From an uncultured Hydrogenophaga sp. (GTDB lineage: Bacteria; Pseudomonadota; Gammaproteobacteria; Burkholderiales; Burkholderiaceae_C), in the NCBI GenBank assembly GCA_964342395.1, contig CAYFFJ010000003.1:2181-66180 (forward strand): a stretch of DNA of 64,000 nt, written 5' to 3'. This document shows, piece after piece, positions 38,004-48,658 of this stretch (its first letter is position 1; the number at the start of each line of letters is the position of its first letter). Under the pieces are notes generated by a model that made no database searches, was not told the DNA's origin, and saw nothing but the letters and a program-made list of their open reading frames with translations. The translations under genes and the position numbers were made by a program.

Positions 38004-41000
38004 TCACCCCAAATACCGCTTCAAATACCGCCCGGTGAAACTGGCCTCGCAAGCCGCTATTGTCTCGGGCGTGCCGGTGGCCACCACGGTGCCGCCACCC
38101 GCACCGCCCTCGGGCCCCATGTCAATCAGCCAGTCGGCGGTTTTGATGACATCGAGGTTGTGCTCGATCACGACCAGCGTGTTGCCCGCGTCGCGCAGCT
38201 GGTGCAGCACCTTCAGCAGCAGCTCGATGTCGGCAAAGTGCAGGCCGGTGGTGGGTTCGTCCAATATGTAGAGGGTGCGGCCCGTGTCGCGTTTGCTCAG
38301 TTCCAGCGCCAGCTTCACGCGCTGGGCTTCGCCGCCGCTCAGCGTGGTGGCGCTTTGCCCTAAGCGCACGTAGCTCAGGCCCACGTCGAGCAGGGTTTGC
38401 AGCTTGCGGTGGATGGTGGGCACGGCGCTGAAAAACGCCCCGGCCTCGCCCACCGTCATGTCCAGCACCTGGGCGATGTTTTTGCCCTTGTACTGCACCT
38501 CCAGCGTTTCGCGGTTGTAGCGTTTGCCGTGGCACACGTCGCAGGGCACGTACACGTCGGGCAGAAAGTGCATTTCCACCTTCACCACGCCGTCGCCCTG
38601 GCAGGCTTCGCAGCGCCCGCCGCCGCTGCCCTGGGCCACGTTGAAGCTGAAGCGCCCGGGGCCATAGCCGCGTTCTTTGGCGGTGTTGGTTTCGGCCATC
38701 AGCTCGCGGATGGCGGTGAACAGCCCCGTGTAGGTGGCGGGGTTGCTGCGCGGGGTGCGGCCAATGGGGCTTTGATCGACGTTGATGACCTTGTCGAAGT
38801 GCTCCAGCCCCTGAATTTCTTCGTGGGCGGCGGGCTCTTCGTGGGCGCGGTACAGGTGTTTGGCCACAGCCGTGTACAGCGTGTCGTTGACCAGCGTGCT
38901 TTTGCCCGAGCCGCTCACGCCCGTCACGCAAGTGAGCAGGCCCACGGGGAAGGCGGCGGTCACGCCCTTCAGGTTGTGGCCGCTGGCGCCCGCCACGGTC
39001 ACCCAGTCCCACGGGGTGTGGCGCTCGGTGGGCACGGTGATTTTTTTCGTGCCGCAGAGGTATTGGCCGGTGAGCGAGTCGGGGTTGGCAATGACCTGCG
39101 CGGCTGTGCCCTGCGCCATGATGCGCCCGCCGTGCACGCCCGCGCCGGGGCCCATGTCGATGACGTGGTCGGCCATGCGGATCATGTCTTCGTCGTGCTC
39201 CACCACCAGCACGGTGTTGCCCAGGTCGCGCAGGTGGATGAGGGTGGCAATCAGGCGGTCGTTGTCGCGCTGGTGCAGGCCGATGCTGGGCTCGTCCAGC
39301 ACGTACATCACGCCGGTCAGGCCGCTGCCAATCTGGCTGGCCAGGCGGATGCGCTGGGCCTCGCCGCCGCTGAGGGTTTCGGCGCTGCGCTCCAGGCTCA
39401 GGTAGTTCAGCCCCACGTCGTTCAAAAACTTCAGGCGCTGGCGGATTTCGTGCACCACCTTGGCCGCGATGTCGCCCTTGGCACCGCTCAAATGCAAAGC
39501 GTCGAAGTACGCCAGCGACTCGCCCAGGGTGATGTGGCTCACGTCGTAGATGGCGCGTTTCTGCGCGCCCTCGCCCACAAACACGTGGCGGGCTTCGCGG
39601 CGCAGGCGTGACCCAAGGCAGTCGGGGCAAGACTGCACAGCGCGGTAGCGGCCCAGTTCTTCGCGCACGGTGGCGCTGTCGGTTTCGCGGTAGCGGCGCT
39701 CGAAGTTGCGCAAGATGCCTTCAAACGGGTGCTCTTTGGTCACCTTGCGCCCAGCGGTTTTGCCCGAATCGATGACGTACTGGAAGGGCACGTCTTGCTC
39801 GCCCGAGCCGAACAACAGCACCTGGCGGGCTTGCTCGGGCAGGTCTTCCCAGGCGGCCTCGGGGTCGAACCCATAGTGCGCCGCCAGGCTTTCAACCATG
39901 GCGAAGTAGTAGCCGTTGCGCCGGTCCCAGCCTTTGATGGCGCCGCTGGCCAGGCTGAGCGTGGGGAAGGCGACGATGCGGGCGGGGTCAAACACCTCGG
40001 TGTGGCCCAGGCCGCTGCAACTGGGGCACGCGCCGTGCGGCGAGTTGAACGAGAACAGGCGCGGCTCCAGCTCGCCCAGCGAGTAGCTGCACACCGGGCA
40101 GGCAAATTTTGAAGAAAAAAGCCTATCGGCGCTTGATGGTATTGAATTGTTCGCTATCTTTTCATCGATGTTCAACACCAAGGCCCGGCCATCGGCCAGG
40201 CGCAGGGCGGCCTCGAAGCTTTCGGCCAGACGCTGGCGCTGGGCCAGGTAAGCCTGGGCGTCTTCGTGGTCGGCGGGCGGTGCATCGGCGGGCAAGGCGG
40301 CCGTGGGTGGCGTGGCGCGCACCTTCAGGCGGTCCACCACCACGTCCACGTCGTGCGGCTGGGCAGGGTCCAGCTCGGTCAGTTCGTGGCTTTCCAGGGT
40401 TTGGCCGTTCACGCGAAAGCGCACATAACCCTGGGCCACCAGACCGTCGAACACGTCGCCAAAATCGCCGGTGCGGCCCCGGGCAATGGGTGCCAACACC
40501 ATCAGGCGCGTGCCCTCGGGCCAGGCCAGCACGGCGTCCACCATCTGGCTCACGCTCAGGGCCGCCAGGGGTTGGCCGTGTTCGGGGCAGTGCGGCGTGC
40601 CGGCGCGGGCAAACAGCAGGCGCAGGTAGTCGTGGATTTCGGTCACCGTGCCCACGGTAGAGCGCGGGTTGTGGCTGGTGGCTTTTTGCTCGATGCTGAT
40701 GGCGGGGCTCAGGCCCTCAATCAGGTCCACATCGGGCTTGTCCATCAGCTGCAGGAACTGGCGGGCGTAGGCGCTCAGGCTCTCCACGTAGCGGCGCTGG
40801 CCTTCGGCGTACAGCGTGTCAAACGCCAGACTGCTTTTGCCAGAGCCCGACAGCCCGGTGATGACCACCAGTTTGTCGCGCGGGATGTCGAGGTCGATGT
40901 TCTTCAGGTTGTGCGTGCGCGCACCCCGCACGCTGATGCGCTGGTGGCGCAAGGCAGCGGCCAAGGGCAGGCCGTCGTCGGGCGACGTGGGAAGAACGGG

Positions 41001-41018
41001 GGTGGGGGCTGGCGACAT
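38004..41018 (-). CDS. uvrA: excinuclease ABC subunit A
   Basis: Start at MSPAPTPV. Two ABC modules ([36 protein letters not shown] twice) and zinc modules (CPVCSYS...[14 protein letters not shown]...CDVCHGKR). Confidence 0.95.
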   Translation of the reverse strand: MSPAPTPVLPTSPDDGLPLAAALRHQRISVRGARTHNLKNIDLDIPRDKLVVITGLSGSGKSSLAFDTLYAEGQRRYVESLSAYARQFLQLMDKPDVDLIEGLSPAISIEQKATSHNPRSTVGTVTEIHDYLRLLFARAGTPHCPEHGQPLAALSVSQMVDAVLAWPEGTRLMVLAPIARGRTGDFGDVFDGLVAQGYVRFRVNGQTLESHELTELDPAQPHDVDVVVDRLKVRATPPTAALPADAPPADHEDAQAYLAQRQRLAESFEAALRLADGRALVLNIDEKIANNSIPSSADRLFSSKFACPVCSYSLGELEPRLFSFNSPHGACPSCSGLGHTEVFDPARIVAFPTLSLASGAIKGWDRRNGYYFAMVESLAAHYGFDPEAAWEDLPEQARQVLLFGSGEQDVPFQYVIDSGKTAGRKVTKEHPFEGILRNFERRYRETDSATVREELGRYRAVQSCPDCLGSRLRREARHVFVGEGAQKRAIYDVSHITLGESLAYFDALHLSGAKGDIAAKVVHEIRQRLKFLNDVGLNYLSLERSAETLSGGEAQRIRLASQIGSGLTGVMYVLDEPSIGLHQRDNDRLIATLIHLRDLGNTVLVVEHDEDMIRMADHVIDMGPGAGVHGGRIMAQGTAAQVIANPDSLTGQYLCGTKKITVPTERHTPWDWVTVAGASGHNLKGVTAAFPVGLLTCVTGVSGSGKSTLVNDTLYTAVAKHLYRAHEEPAAHEEIQGLEHFDKVINVDQSPIGRTPRSNPATYTGLFTAIRELMAETNTAKERGYGPGRFSFNVAQGSGGGRCEACQGDGVVKVEMHFLPDVYVPCDVCHGKRYNRETLEVQYKGKNIAQVLDMTVGEAGAFFSAVPTIHRKLQTLLDVGLSYVRLGQSATTLSGGEAQRVKLALELSKRDTGRTLYILDEPTTGLHFADIELLLKVLHQLRDAGNTLVVIEHNLDVIKTADWLIDMGPEGGAGGGTVVATGTPETIAACEASFTGRYLKRYLG
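40101..40164 (-). repeat. interspersed repeat copy R5 (in frame inside uvrA)
   Basis: In forward orientation: GATAGCGAACAATTCAATACCATCAAGCGCCGATAGGCTTTTTTCTTCAAAATTTGCC. It is a conspicuous AT-rich patch and is translated as [21 protein letters not shown]. Confidence 0.75.
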
Positions 41019-41077
41019 AGGGAAGGGAGTCTCAGGGGGCAACCGGGCATTATCGGGTCCGGAACAATCAAGGACAA

Positions 41078-42349
41078 TTGAACGTTTTGTCTTCGGCCTT
41101 GCCCGCCCGCCTGCCCCCCGCGCCCATGTCCACCACCGCCCCAGCCACCGCCGAGTCTGTTGCCATGACCCCGCTGGAGAGGCGCGCCAGCTTCTCGCTG
41201 GCGGCCATTTTTGGCCTGCGCATGCTGGGCCTGTTCCTGGTGTTGCCCGTGTTTGTGCTGGAAGCCCGGCAATACCCCGGCGGCGACAACACGGCCCTGG
41301 TGGGCCTGGCCATGGGCGTGTACGGCCTGACGCAAGCACTGATGCAGGTGCCGCTGGGCATGGCCAGCGACCGCTGGGGACGCAAACGCATCATCGTGCT
41401 GGGGCTGGGCGTGTTTGCGCTGGGCAGCGGCGTGGCCGCGCTGGCGTCCAGCGTGGAAGGCCTGCTGGTGGGCCGTGCGCTGCAAGGCGCCGGGGCCGTG
41501 TCCGCCGCCGTGACGGCCCTGCTGGCCGACCAGACCCGCGACAGCGTGCGCACCAAAGGCATGGCGCTGATCGGGGCCAGCATTGGCCTCGTGTTTGCCC
41601 TGTCGCTGGTGCTGGCGCCACCGCTGACGGCCACGGCGGGCTTGGGCGGCGTGTTTGGCCTGACACTGCTGCTGGCGGTGGCCGGCATGGCGGTGGTGAC
41701 CTGGTGGACCCCCCCCGAGCCCCCCAAAACCCTCAACGCCCCACGCGGCAAGCTGATGGACGTGCTGCTTCACCCCGCCCTGTGGCGGCTGAACCTGGGC
41801 GTGTTTGTGCTGCACGCCATCCAGCTGGGCATGTGGATGGCCGTGCCCGCGCTGCTGACCCAAACCGGCCTCGCCCCGGCCAGCCACTGGCAGGTGTACC
41901 TGCCCGCGGTGCTGGGCTCGTTTGTGCTGATGGGCGGCCTGTTTGCCCTGGAGCGCCGGGGCCATTTGCGCGCCGTGCTGCGCGCCGCCGTGTTGCTGCT
42001 GTTGCTGGTGCAAGGCGGCTTTTTGCTGGCCGCGTCCAGCGGCCCGGCGCTGTGGCCGCTGGCCGCGCTGCTGTTTTTGTTCTTCGTGGCGTTCAACATG
42101 CTGGAAGCCAGCCAGCCCAGCCTGGTGTCGCGCCTGGCCCCGCCCGAATCGCGCGGGGCCGCCCTGGGCGTGTACAACGCACTGCAATCGCTGGGCCTGT
42201 TTGCCGGGGGCGCCGTGGGCGGCACGCTGGTGAAGTGGGGCGGCACACAGGTGCTGTTTGCCGCGTGCGGCGTGGCCGTGGCGGTGTGGCTGGTGCTGGG
42301 CTGGGGCATGCAGGTGCCGCCGCCCAAGGGCCAGCCAACAGGGCATTGA
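41078..42349 (+). CDS. MFS transporter
   Basis: 12-TM-like hydrophobic profile and MFS motif [16 protein letters not shown]. An alternative start exists at 41126. Confidence 0.8.
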   Translation: MNVLSSALPARLPPAPMSTTAPATAESVAMTPLERRASFSLAAIFGLRMLGLFLVLPVFVLEARQYPGGDNTALVGLAMGVYGLTQALMQVPLGMASDRWGRKRIIVLGLGVFALGSGVAALASSVEGLLVGRALQGAGAVSAAVTALLADQTRDSVRTKGMALIGASIGLVFALSLVLAPPLTATAGLGGVFGLTLLLAVAGMAVVTWWTPPEPPKTLNAPRGKLMDVLLHPALWRLNLGVFVLHAIQLGMWMAVPALLTQTGLAPASHWQVYLPAVLGSFVLMGGLFALERRGHLRAVLRAAVLLLLLVQGGFLLAASSGPALWPLAALLFLFFVAFNMLEASQPSLVSRLAPPESRGAALGVYNALQSLGLFAGGAVGGTLVKWGGTQVLFAACGVAVAVWLVLGWGMQVPPPKGQPTGH

Positions 42350-42405
42350 ACCCGCCCACTGCGTCACAATCCCCCTTTTCAGCACACTTTTTCCGGGCAG
42401 ACACC

Positions 42406-42948
42406 ATGGCATCCGTCAACAAAGTCATCCTCATCGGCAACTGCGGGCGCGACCCTGAAATTCGCTACCTGCCTTCGGGCCAGGCCGTGGCCAACGTCAG
42501 CATCGCCACCAGCAGCCGCCGCAAAGACCGCAACACCGGCGAAACCGTGGAAGACACGCAGTGGCACCGCGTGACGTTTTACGACCGCCTGGCCGAAATC
42601 GCCGGTGAATACGTCAAAAAAGGCCGCCCCCTTTACGTGGAAGGCCGCCTGAAGTACGGCACCTACGTGGACAAAGCCACCGGCGCCGAGAAAAACACCG
42701 TGGACATCATCGCCACCGAACTGCAACTGCTGGGCGGCCGCGAAGGCATGGGTGGCGGCCAAATGGGCGGTGGCGACGAAGGGGGTTACGACGCACCCGC
42801 GCCCGCTCCCCGCCGTGCGCCGCCACCGGCGGCCGCACCACGCCCAGCGCCCCAGCCATACGCCCCTGCGCCTCGCCAGGCCCCGCCCGCAGCCCCTGCG
42901 CGCAGCAGCAGCGGCTTTGACGACATGGACGACGACATTCCGTTCTGA
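42406..42948 (+). CDS. ssb: single-stranded DNA-binding protein
   Basis: MASVNKVILIGNCGRDPEIRYLPSGQAVANVSIAT, a Gly/Pro-rich linker, and the acidic tail DDMDDDIPF. Confidence 0.95.
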   Translation: MASVNKVILIGNCGRDPEIRYLPSGQAVANVSIATSSRRKDRNTGETVEDTQWHRVTFYDRLAEIAGEYVKKGRPLYVEGRLKYGTYVDKATGAEKNTVDIIATELQLLGGREGMGGGQMGGGDEGGYDAPAPAPRRAPPPAAAPRPAPQPYAPAPRQAPPAAPARSSSGFDDMDDDIPF

Positions 42949-42956
42949 TTCCCGTT

Positions 42957-44129
42957 CTAACCGGCAATCACCCCACCACCCAGGCACACCTCGCCGTCGT
43001 ACAACACGGCTGACTGGCCGGGGGTGACGGCCCACTGCGGGTCGTCAAACACCAGTTGGATGGCGCCGGGGTCGCGCACCTCGGTCAACGAGCCCCCTGT
43101 GGGCGCGGCCTGCAGCACGCAAGGCGCATCGGCTTGGCGGTAGCGGGTTTTGGCGGCCAGGCGGCGGGGCCCGCTCAGATCGGGCGCTGTGCCGGCCGTC
43201 CAGCTCATGTCTTGCGCCACCAGCCCGTTGTTCAGCAGCCAGGGGTGGTCGTGGCCCTGCACCACCCACAGGGTGTTGGTTTTGAGGTCTTTGCGGGCCA
43301 CAAACCACGGCTCGTGTTCGCCCACACCGCGCAGGCCCTGGCTTTGCACGGCCTTCAGCTCGGCCCCGCGCGCTTTCACGCCCCCAATGCCCAAGCCCTG
43401 GCGCTGGCCCAGGGTGTAAAAACTCAGGCCCACGTGTTGGCCCAACACGCGCCCTTTCGGGTCTTTGATGGGGCCGGGTGCGTGGGCGATGTAGCGGTTC
43501 AAAAAGTCGCGGAAAGGCCGCTCGCCAATGAAGCAGATGCCGGTGCTGTCTTTCTTTTTGGCATTGGGCAGGCCAATGTCGGCGGCAATGCGGCGCACCT
43601 CGGTTTTGTGCAGCTCGCCCACCGGGAACAGGGTTTTGGCGAGTTGTGCCTGCGTCAGGCGGTGCAAAAAATAGCTTTGGTCTTTGGTCGGGTCCAGGCC
43701 CTTGAGCAACTCAAAGCGGCCATCGGCCTCCACACACCGCACGCGGGCGTAGTGGCCGGTGGCAATTTTGTCGGCCCCACGGACAAAAGCGTGGTCCAGG
43801 AACGCCTTGAACTTGATTTCGGCGTTGCACAAAATGTCGGGGTTGGGCGTGCGCCCTGCCTGGTATTCGCGCAGAAATTCGGCAAACACGCGGTCTTTGT
43901 ACTCGGCAGCGAAGTTGACGTGTTCAATCTCAATGCCAATCACGTCGGCCACGCTGGCGGCATCGACAAAGTCGATGTTGGACGAGCAGTATTCGCTGTT
44001 GTCGTCGTCTTCCCAGTTCTTCATGAAGATGCCGATGACCTCATGCCCCTGCTGTTTCAGCAGGTAAGCGCTCACGGCCGAATCCACACCTCCGCTGAGG
44101 CCCACCACGATTTTTTGCTTGGCTGTCAT
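42957..44129 (-). CDS. mnmA: tRNA 2-thiouridine(34) synthase
   Basis: PP-loop [10 protein letters not shown] and typical MnmA blocks ([17 protein letters not shown]). Confidence 0.95.
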   Translation of the reverse strand: MTAKQKIVVGLSGGVDSAVSAYLLKQQGHEVIGIFMKNWEDDDNSEYCSSNIDFVDAASVADVIGIEIEHVNFAAEYKDRVFAEFLREYQAGRTPNPDILCNAEIKFKAFLDHAFVRGADKIATGHYARVRCVEADGRFELLKGLDPTKDQSYFLHRLTQAQLAKTLFPVGELHKTEVRRIAADIGLPNAKKKDSTGICFIGERPFRDFLNRYIAHAPGPIKDPKGRVLGQHVGLSFYTLGQRQGLGIGGVKARGAELKAVQSQGLRGVGEHEPWFVARKDLKTNTLWVVQGHDHPWLLNNGLVAQDMSWTAGTAPDLSGPRRLAAKTRYRQADAPCVLQAAPTGGSLTEVRDPGAIQLVFDDPQWAVTPGQSAVLYDGEVCLGGGVIAG

Positions 44130-44138
44130 GGGGCGATT

Positions 44139-44852
44139 TTAGGCAACGGGGCGGTTCACCAGCGCCTGCACCTCGTCACGCTGCTGCTGTGGCGTGCCCG
44201 GTGGCCACTGCGCTGCCAGCGCGTCTTGAATGGCGGCGAAGCTGTCACGCTGCGGCTGGCGCACCACCTGGGCCACCGTGCGTTTGATCACGTCGCGCCA
44301 AGCCAGGCGGGTGGGGTCGGGTTGGGTTGGGTTGGGCCAGGTTTTGCTGAATGACCATGTATTCCTGCGTGGAACGCTCGTAGGCCCACACGTACAGGTC
44401 GCGCAACAGTTCTACCCGGGTCATTTCGCAGACACCCAGCACTGCGGTGCTGTAGGCCTGCGGGCTCACGCCCAGAAAGGTCAGCGGGCAGAGGTTGGCT
44501 TTCAGCAACGGCATGTTGGCGGCCAGGCGCGAGGTGCGCTTGTTGATGTCGGCAAACGGCTGCAAATAGGGCAGGTGCACCATGGCAAAAAACGATTAGC
44601 AGGTTTTCGGCCAATGCACTGTGCAGGTTGAACAAGGTGTAGCGGTCAAACCGCAGGGTGTCGGCGTTGGGCTGGTAACCGTCCAAAAACTCACGCTGAT
44701 AGCCCACCGGCCACCGCCTGCGCCAATTGCCGCTGCAAACTGCGCCGGGGCACATGGGGAAATTGCGCCAAAAATTGCGCCAAACTCAGCCCACCAGGCG
44801 ACGCATCCAAAGATGCAAACGCAATGAGCAAAGATTCAGCGGCATTTGTCAT
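44139..44852 (-). pseudogene. decayed Fic/Doc-family gene (multiple frameshifts/deletions, degenerate motif)
   Basis: Four coding fragments lie in different frames:
- MTNAAESLLIAFASLDASPGGLSLAQFLAQFPHVPRRSLQRQLAQAV...
- VGYQREFLDGYQPNADTLRFDRYTLFNLHSALAENLL
- VHLPYLQPFADINKRTSRLAANMPLL...VWAYERSTQEY
- C-terminal QPDPTRLAWRDVIKRTVAQVV...LVNRPVA*. Confidence 0.55.
44319..44336. repeat. pentanucleotide repeat (GGGTT)3GGG, which is (CCCAA)3 on the coding strand, at a frameshift point of the Fic remnant
   Basis: Read directly. One additional unit would join the upstream and downstream frames. Confidence 0.85.
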
Positions 44853-44860
44853 GATTGGTT

Positions 44861-44882
44861 GGCGCAATTCTTGAATTGCGCC
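44861..44882. promoter_or_regulatory. perfect palindrome GGCGCAATTC-TT-GAATTGCGCC
   Basis: It lies between the LysR stop (44898) and the Fic-remnant start (44852). The AATTGCGCC unit recurs twice more at 44761-44785. Confidence 0.35.
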
Positions 44883-44897
44883 CGCGCGACACCTGAA

Positions 44898-45824
44898 TCA
44901 ACCCTGGCCCCGGGCCATGGCGCGTGGCCGTCGCAGGTTCGCCATCAGTTCGTACAGGCGTTCGGCCGCTGGCGTGAGGCTTCGGCCCTTGCGCGCAATC
45001 AGCCCGATGCGTCGCACGACCACGGGGTCGTGGAGCGGAATACCTGCCAGCACCGGGTGATCGGCTGCGGGCATGGCCAGGCTGGGAACGGCGGCAATGC
45101 CCATGCCAGCCTCCACAAGACCCAGCAGGGTCGTGACGTGCTGGGCTTCGTAGATGCTGTGCGGCCGGTCCTCGGGACGGGCACCGGCCAGCGCCAGGTC
45201 GGTCAGCATGCGGTTGCCCGACGACTTGCTCACCGACATAAAGTCGTACTGGCACAGCTCCTTCCAGGTGACGCGACGCTTTTTCGCCAGCGGGTGGTCT
45301 TTGCGGCAAGCCGCCACGAAGCGTTCTTCAAGGATGGTGCGGAACTCGATGCCGGGCTCATCACTGCCAATGAAATTGAGACCGAAATCGGCCTGCCCGC
45401 TGGCCACCACCGTCAGGACCTCATTGGCGCTGGCGTCGTGCACCTTGATGCGGATGCGCGGGTAGCGCTCGTGGTAACTGCGCAGCACCTGAGGCAGAAA
45501 GTAATACACCGCCGACGGCACGCAGGCGATGGTCACCTCGCCCATTCGGGCACCGCCAACCTCGCGGATGCCCAGCAAGGTTTCATCCAGGTCATCGAGC
45601 AACTGACGAGTCTTGCGTGCAAAGTCGCGGCCAATACCAGTCAGCTCCACACTGCGGGACGTGCGGTCAAACAGACGGACACCCAGCGCCGCCTCCAGTT
45701 TGTCGATGCGTCGGCTGAACGCGGGCTGTGAGATGTGCACCAGCTCGGCAGCCTTGCGAAAGTTTTTCAGTTCAGCTGCAGCGGCGAAGGCCTGCAGGTC
45801 GGGAAGATCGAACTGGATCGACAT
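44898..45824 (-). CDS. LysR-family transcriptional regulator
   Basis: HTH FRKAAELVHISQPAFSRRIDKLEAALGVRLFDR. It is divergent from the PrpF-family gene. Confidence 0.9.
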   Translation of the reverse strand: MSIQFDLPDLQAFAAAAELKNFRKAAELVHISQPAFSRRIDKLEAALGVRLFDRTSRSVELTGIGRDFARKTRQLLDDLDETLLGIREVGGARMGEVTIACVPSAVYYFLPQVLRSYHERYPRIRIKVHDASANEVLTVVASGQADFGLNFIGSDEPGIEFRTILEERFVAACRKDHPLAKKRRVTWKELCQYDFMSVSKSSGNRMLTDLALAGARPEDRPHSIYEAQHVTTLLGLVEAGMGIAAVPSLAMPAADHPVLAGIPLHDPVVVRRIGLIARKGRSLTPAAERLYELMANLRRPRAMARGQG

Positions 45825-45844
45825 GCGGCACCTCCACCAGATAG

Positions 45845-45859
45845 TTGCGTATGACGCAA
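45845..45859. promoter_or_regulatory. LysR box TTGCGT-ATG-ACGCAA
   Basis: Perfect 6-bp arms, T-N11-A type, in the divergent intergenic region. Confidence 0.5.
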
Positions 45860-45916
45860 TAATAGTTCTGAAAGTTGCAATTCACAGAATGATGGAGCTC
45901 AAAGACCATTGCGGTC

Positions 45917-46999
45917 ATGAACACCTCTATTCCTTGTGTCCTCATGCGTGCCGGGACCTCTCGCGGCCCCTTCTTTCTCAGCGACTGGTTGCCCAAAGAC
46001 CCGGCCGAACGTGACCGCGTGCTGGTCAGTGCCATCGGCTCCAGCGACTTGAGCCAGATCAACGGGCTGGGCGGCGGCACCTCGCTGACCAGCAAGGTGG
46101 CCATCGTTTCTCCCTCTAGCCGCAGCGACTGCGACGTCGACTACCTGTTTGCCCAGGTGGGGGTTGGCGACCACACGGTGGACACCCGCCCGAACTGCGG
46201 CAACATGCTCTCTGGCGTGGGGCCATTCGCCATCGAACAGGGGCTCATCGGCGCCGCCGATGGTGAAACGGTCGTTCGGGTGCACAACGTCAACACCGGC
46301 GCCCGCATCGACGTGACCGTGCACACCCCGGGGGGCCATGTGTCCTACGACGGTGATGTCTGCATAGACGGGGTGGTAGAGCCTGCCGCGCCCGTTTACC
46401 TCAGCTTCCTGGACGCCTGGGGCGCCGTGACCGGCACGCTTTTTCCCACGGGCCATCGCACCGACACGATCGAGGGCCTGGCCGTGAGTTGCATCGACGC
46501 CGCCATGCCCATGGTGCTCATACCGGCACAGGCCCTGGGCCTGAAGGGCCGCGAAACGGCAGCCGAGCTGGATGCGACGCCGGGCCTGATCGAACGCCTC
46601 GAACGTGTGCGCCTGGAGGCCGGGCGCCTGATGGGTTTGGGCGACGTGAGCGCCAGTGTGGTGCCCAAGCCGGTCATCGTCAGCCCAGCCGACGAGGCCG
46701 GTGCCATTGTTTCGCGCTACTTCACGCCCAAGCGCTGCCACACGGCCCATGCCGTGACCGGAGCCATCGGTGTGGCCACCGCGCTGGCCCTGCCAGGGAC
46801 CGTGGCCAGCGGCCCTGCGCTTGCGACAGGAAGCCACACCCTGCGGGTGCTTCACCCCTCGGGTGTCATCCAGATCGCCATCGACCTGGAAGACACCCAT
46901 GTCGGCATCTGCGTCAGGCGCGCCTCCGTGGTCCGCACGGTACGAAAGATCCTGCAGGGCCAGCTCCAGATTCCCACCCACCTGATCACACACCAATGA
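45917..46999 (+). CDS. PrpF-family isomerase (4-oxalomesaconate tautomerase / methylaconitate isomerase-like)
   Basis: MNTSIPCVLMRAGTSRGPFF..., SKVAIV and NCGNMLSGVGPFA are typical of the PrpF/GalD family. Confidence 0.75.
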   Translation: MNTSIPCVLMRAGTSRGPFFLSDWLPKDPAERDRVLVSAIGSSDLSQINGLGGGTSLTSKVAIVSPSSRSDCDVDYLFAQVGVGDHTVDTRPNCGNMLSGVGPFAIEQGLIGAADGETVVRVHNVNTGARIDVTVHTPGGHVSYDGDVCIDGVVEPAAPVYLSFLDAWGAVTGTLFPTGHRTDTIEGLAVSCIDAAMPMVLIPAQALGLKGRETAAELDATPGLIERLERVRLEAGRLMGLGDVSASVVPKPVIVSPADEAGAIVSRYFTPKRCHTAHAVTGAIGVATALALPGTVASGPALATGSHTLRVLHPSGVIQIAIDLEDTHVGICVRRASVVRTVRKILQGQLQIPTHLITHQ

Positions 47000-47010
47000 G
47001 GTATCACACC

Positions 47011-47976
47011 ATGAAACGGCTTCTTCGCATCCTGGGCCTGATCGGCGCCGCACTCACCCTGGCTCCGCTGGCGGTCCACGCTTTTCCCAGCAAAACCGTC
47101 ACCATCGTCGTGCCGACCGCAGCAGGCGGCGGCAACGATGCCATGGCACGCCTCATTGCGCAAAAGATCGCGGGGGTCATCGGCCAGTCTGTCATCGTCG
47201 AGAACAAGCCCGGGGGCAACGGCGCCATTGCCAGCGAGGCCGTGGCCCGCGCACCGGCCGATGGACACACCCTCCTGTTCGGCTATGTGGCCACGCATGC
47301 GATGAACCCGGCACTGCAGAAGCTTCGCTACGACCCTGTGAAAGATTTTGAGCCCATCGGACTCGTCGGCTATTCACCCACCCTGATGGTGACCCACCCT
47401 TCGCTGAAAGCACGCGACGGCAAGGAACTGATCGCCTTGCTCAAGAGCGCGCCCGGCAAATACAGCTATGCCTCTGCCGGCAATGGCACCGCGCCCCATT
47501 TCGCAGCCGAGTTGTTCAAGATGAACACCGGCGCTGACCTGCTGCATGTGCCTTACAAGGGGTCGGCGCCCGCAGTGGCAGACACCATCGGTGGCCACAC
47601 CCAGGTGATGTTTCCCAGCCTGTTCACCGGCATTCCCCAGGTCAAAGGCGGAAAGCTCAACGCCCTGGCCATCGCAGGCGACAAGCGCTCGGCGGCGCTT
47701 CCCGACGTTCCCACCCTCAAGGAGCTGGGGGTCGAAGGCGTGAACGTGACCCAGTGGTACGCGTTGTTCGCACCCGCCAAAACGCCCAAGGCCATCATCC
47801 AGCAGCTCAACGTGGCGCTGAACCAAGTGCTCAACCAGAAAGACGTGATACAACAAATCGAGGCCCATGGCGCCGACGTCGAGACCAGCACGCCCGAGCA
47901 GATGGGCAAGATCGTGGCAGACGACCTGGTCAAGTGGCGCCGCGTGGTTGAGGTCGCCAAACTCAAAGCGGACTGA
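47011..47976 (+). CDS. Bug-family (TctC-like) tripartite tricarboxylate transporter substrate-binding protein
   Basis: Signal peptide, then FPSKTVTIVVPTAAGGGNDAMAR, NKPGGNG and SAGNGTAPH, all typical of Bug proteins. Confidence 0.9.
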   Translation: MKRLLRILGLIGAALTLAPLAVHAFPSKTVTIVVPTAAGGGNDAMARLIAQKIAGVIGQSVIVENKPGGNGAIASEAVARAPADGHTLLFGYVATHAMNPALQKLRYDPVKDFEPIGLVGYSPTLMVTHPSLKARDGKELIALLKSAPGKYSYASAGNGTAPHFAAELFKMNTGADLLHVPYKGSAPAVADTIGGHTQVMFPSLFTGIPQVKGGKLNALAIAGDKRSAALPDVPTLKELGVEGVNVTQWYALFAPAKTPKAIIQQLNVALNQVLNQKDVIQQIEAHGADVETSTPEQMGKIVADDLVKWRRVVEVAKLKAD

Positions 47977-48000
47977 GCGGGCACAAGCCACGCGGCCAGC

Positions 48001-48477
48001 TCATGCGGCCACCGAGGGGTCGGTGTAAATGCTCTCCAGCGCAAAGCGCTGGCCGCGCAGGTGGTCTTCCATGCAGCGCAGCACCAGCGGGCTGCGGTGG
48101 CGGGGGGCGCTGGCGCGCACCTCGTCGGGCGTCATCCACACGGTGCGCACAATGCCATCGTCCAACACTCGGCCGGGCACCACCCCGCCCAGGGTGCCGC
48201 AAAACGCGAAACGCACGTAAGTGATGTCTTCCCCCGTGGCCTCGCGCTGCAAGCGCGACAGGTACACGCCCACCAGCGCCTCGGGGGTGAAGGTGTGGGT
48301 GGTTTCTTCCAGGGCTTCGCGGGCACAGGCGGCCACCGGACTTTCGCCAGGGTCCAGGTGGCCGGCGGGGTTGTTCAGGCGCAGGCCTTCGGGCGTGTGC
48401 TCTTCCACCAGCAAATAGCGGCCTTCATGCTCGACGATGGCCGCCACGGTGACACTGGGTTTCCAACGGGTGTTCAT
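48001..48477 (-). CDS. NUDIX hydrolase
   Basis: Start at MNTRWKPSV. Nudix box GHLDPGESPVAACAREALEETTH. The 5' extension of ORF 48001..49119 is rejected. Confidence 0.85.
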   Translation of the reverse strand: MNTRWKPSVTVAAIVEHEGRYLLVEEHTPEGLRLNNPAGHLDPGESPVAACAREALEETTHTFTPEALVGVYLSRLQREATGEDITYVRFAFCGTLGGVVPGRVLDDGIVRTVWMTPDEVRASAPRHRSPLVLRCMEDHLRGQRFALESIYTDPSVAA

Positions 48478-48658
48478 GGGGCCATTATCAGAGCCATGGC
48501 GGCGGATCTGCGGGCATGCGGGGTGGCCAAAGACGGTCAAAAAAAAACCGCACAATGGGGGGAAATGTAAACAGCCCGACAAAGAATCCCTGCTTATGTT
48601 TGTTGTCCGGCCCCGGGAAGGACAACGCCCCATCCAGAGCCATCCTTGAGGACACCCC

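Noticed and set aside
40816-42948. 710-aa plus-strand ORF ending at the ssb stop
   Set aside because: Only the last 180 codons (from ATG 42406) are SSB. The upstream part is an out-of-frame read-through across uvrA (antisense) and the MFS gene.
48478-48658. Intergenic region upstream of pntA, checked for tRNA or sRNA
   Set aside because: No cloverleaf-compatible arms, conserved T-loop or D-loop motifs, or convincing hairpin-terminator are present. It is treated as promoter and leader DNA.
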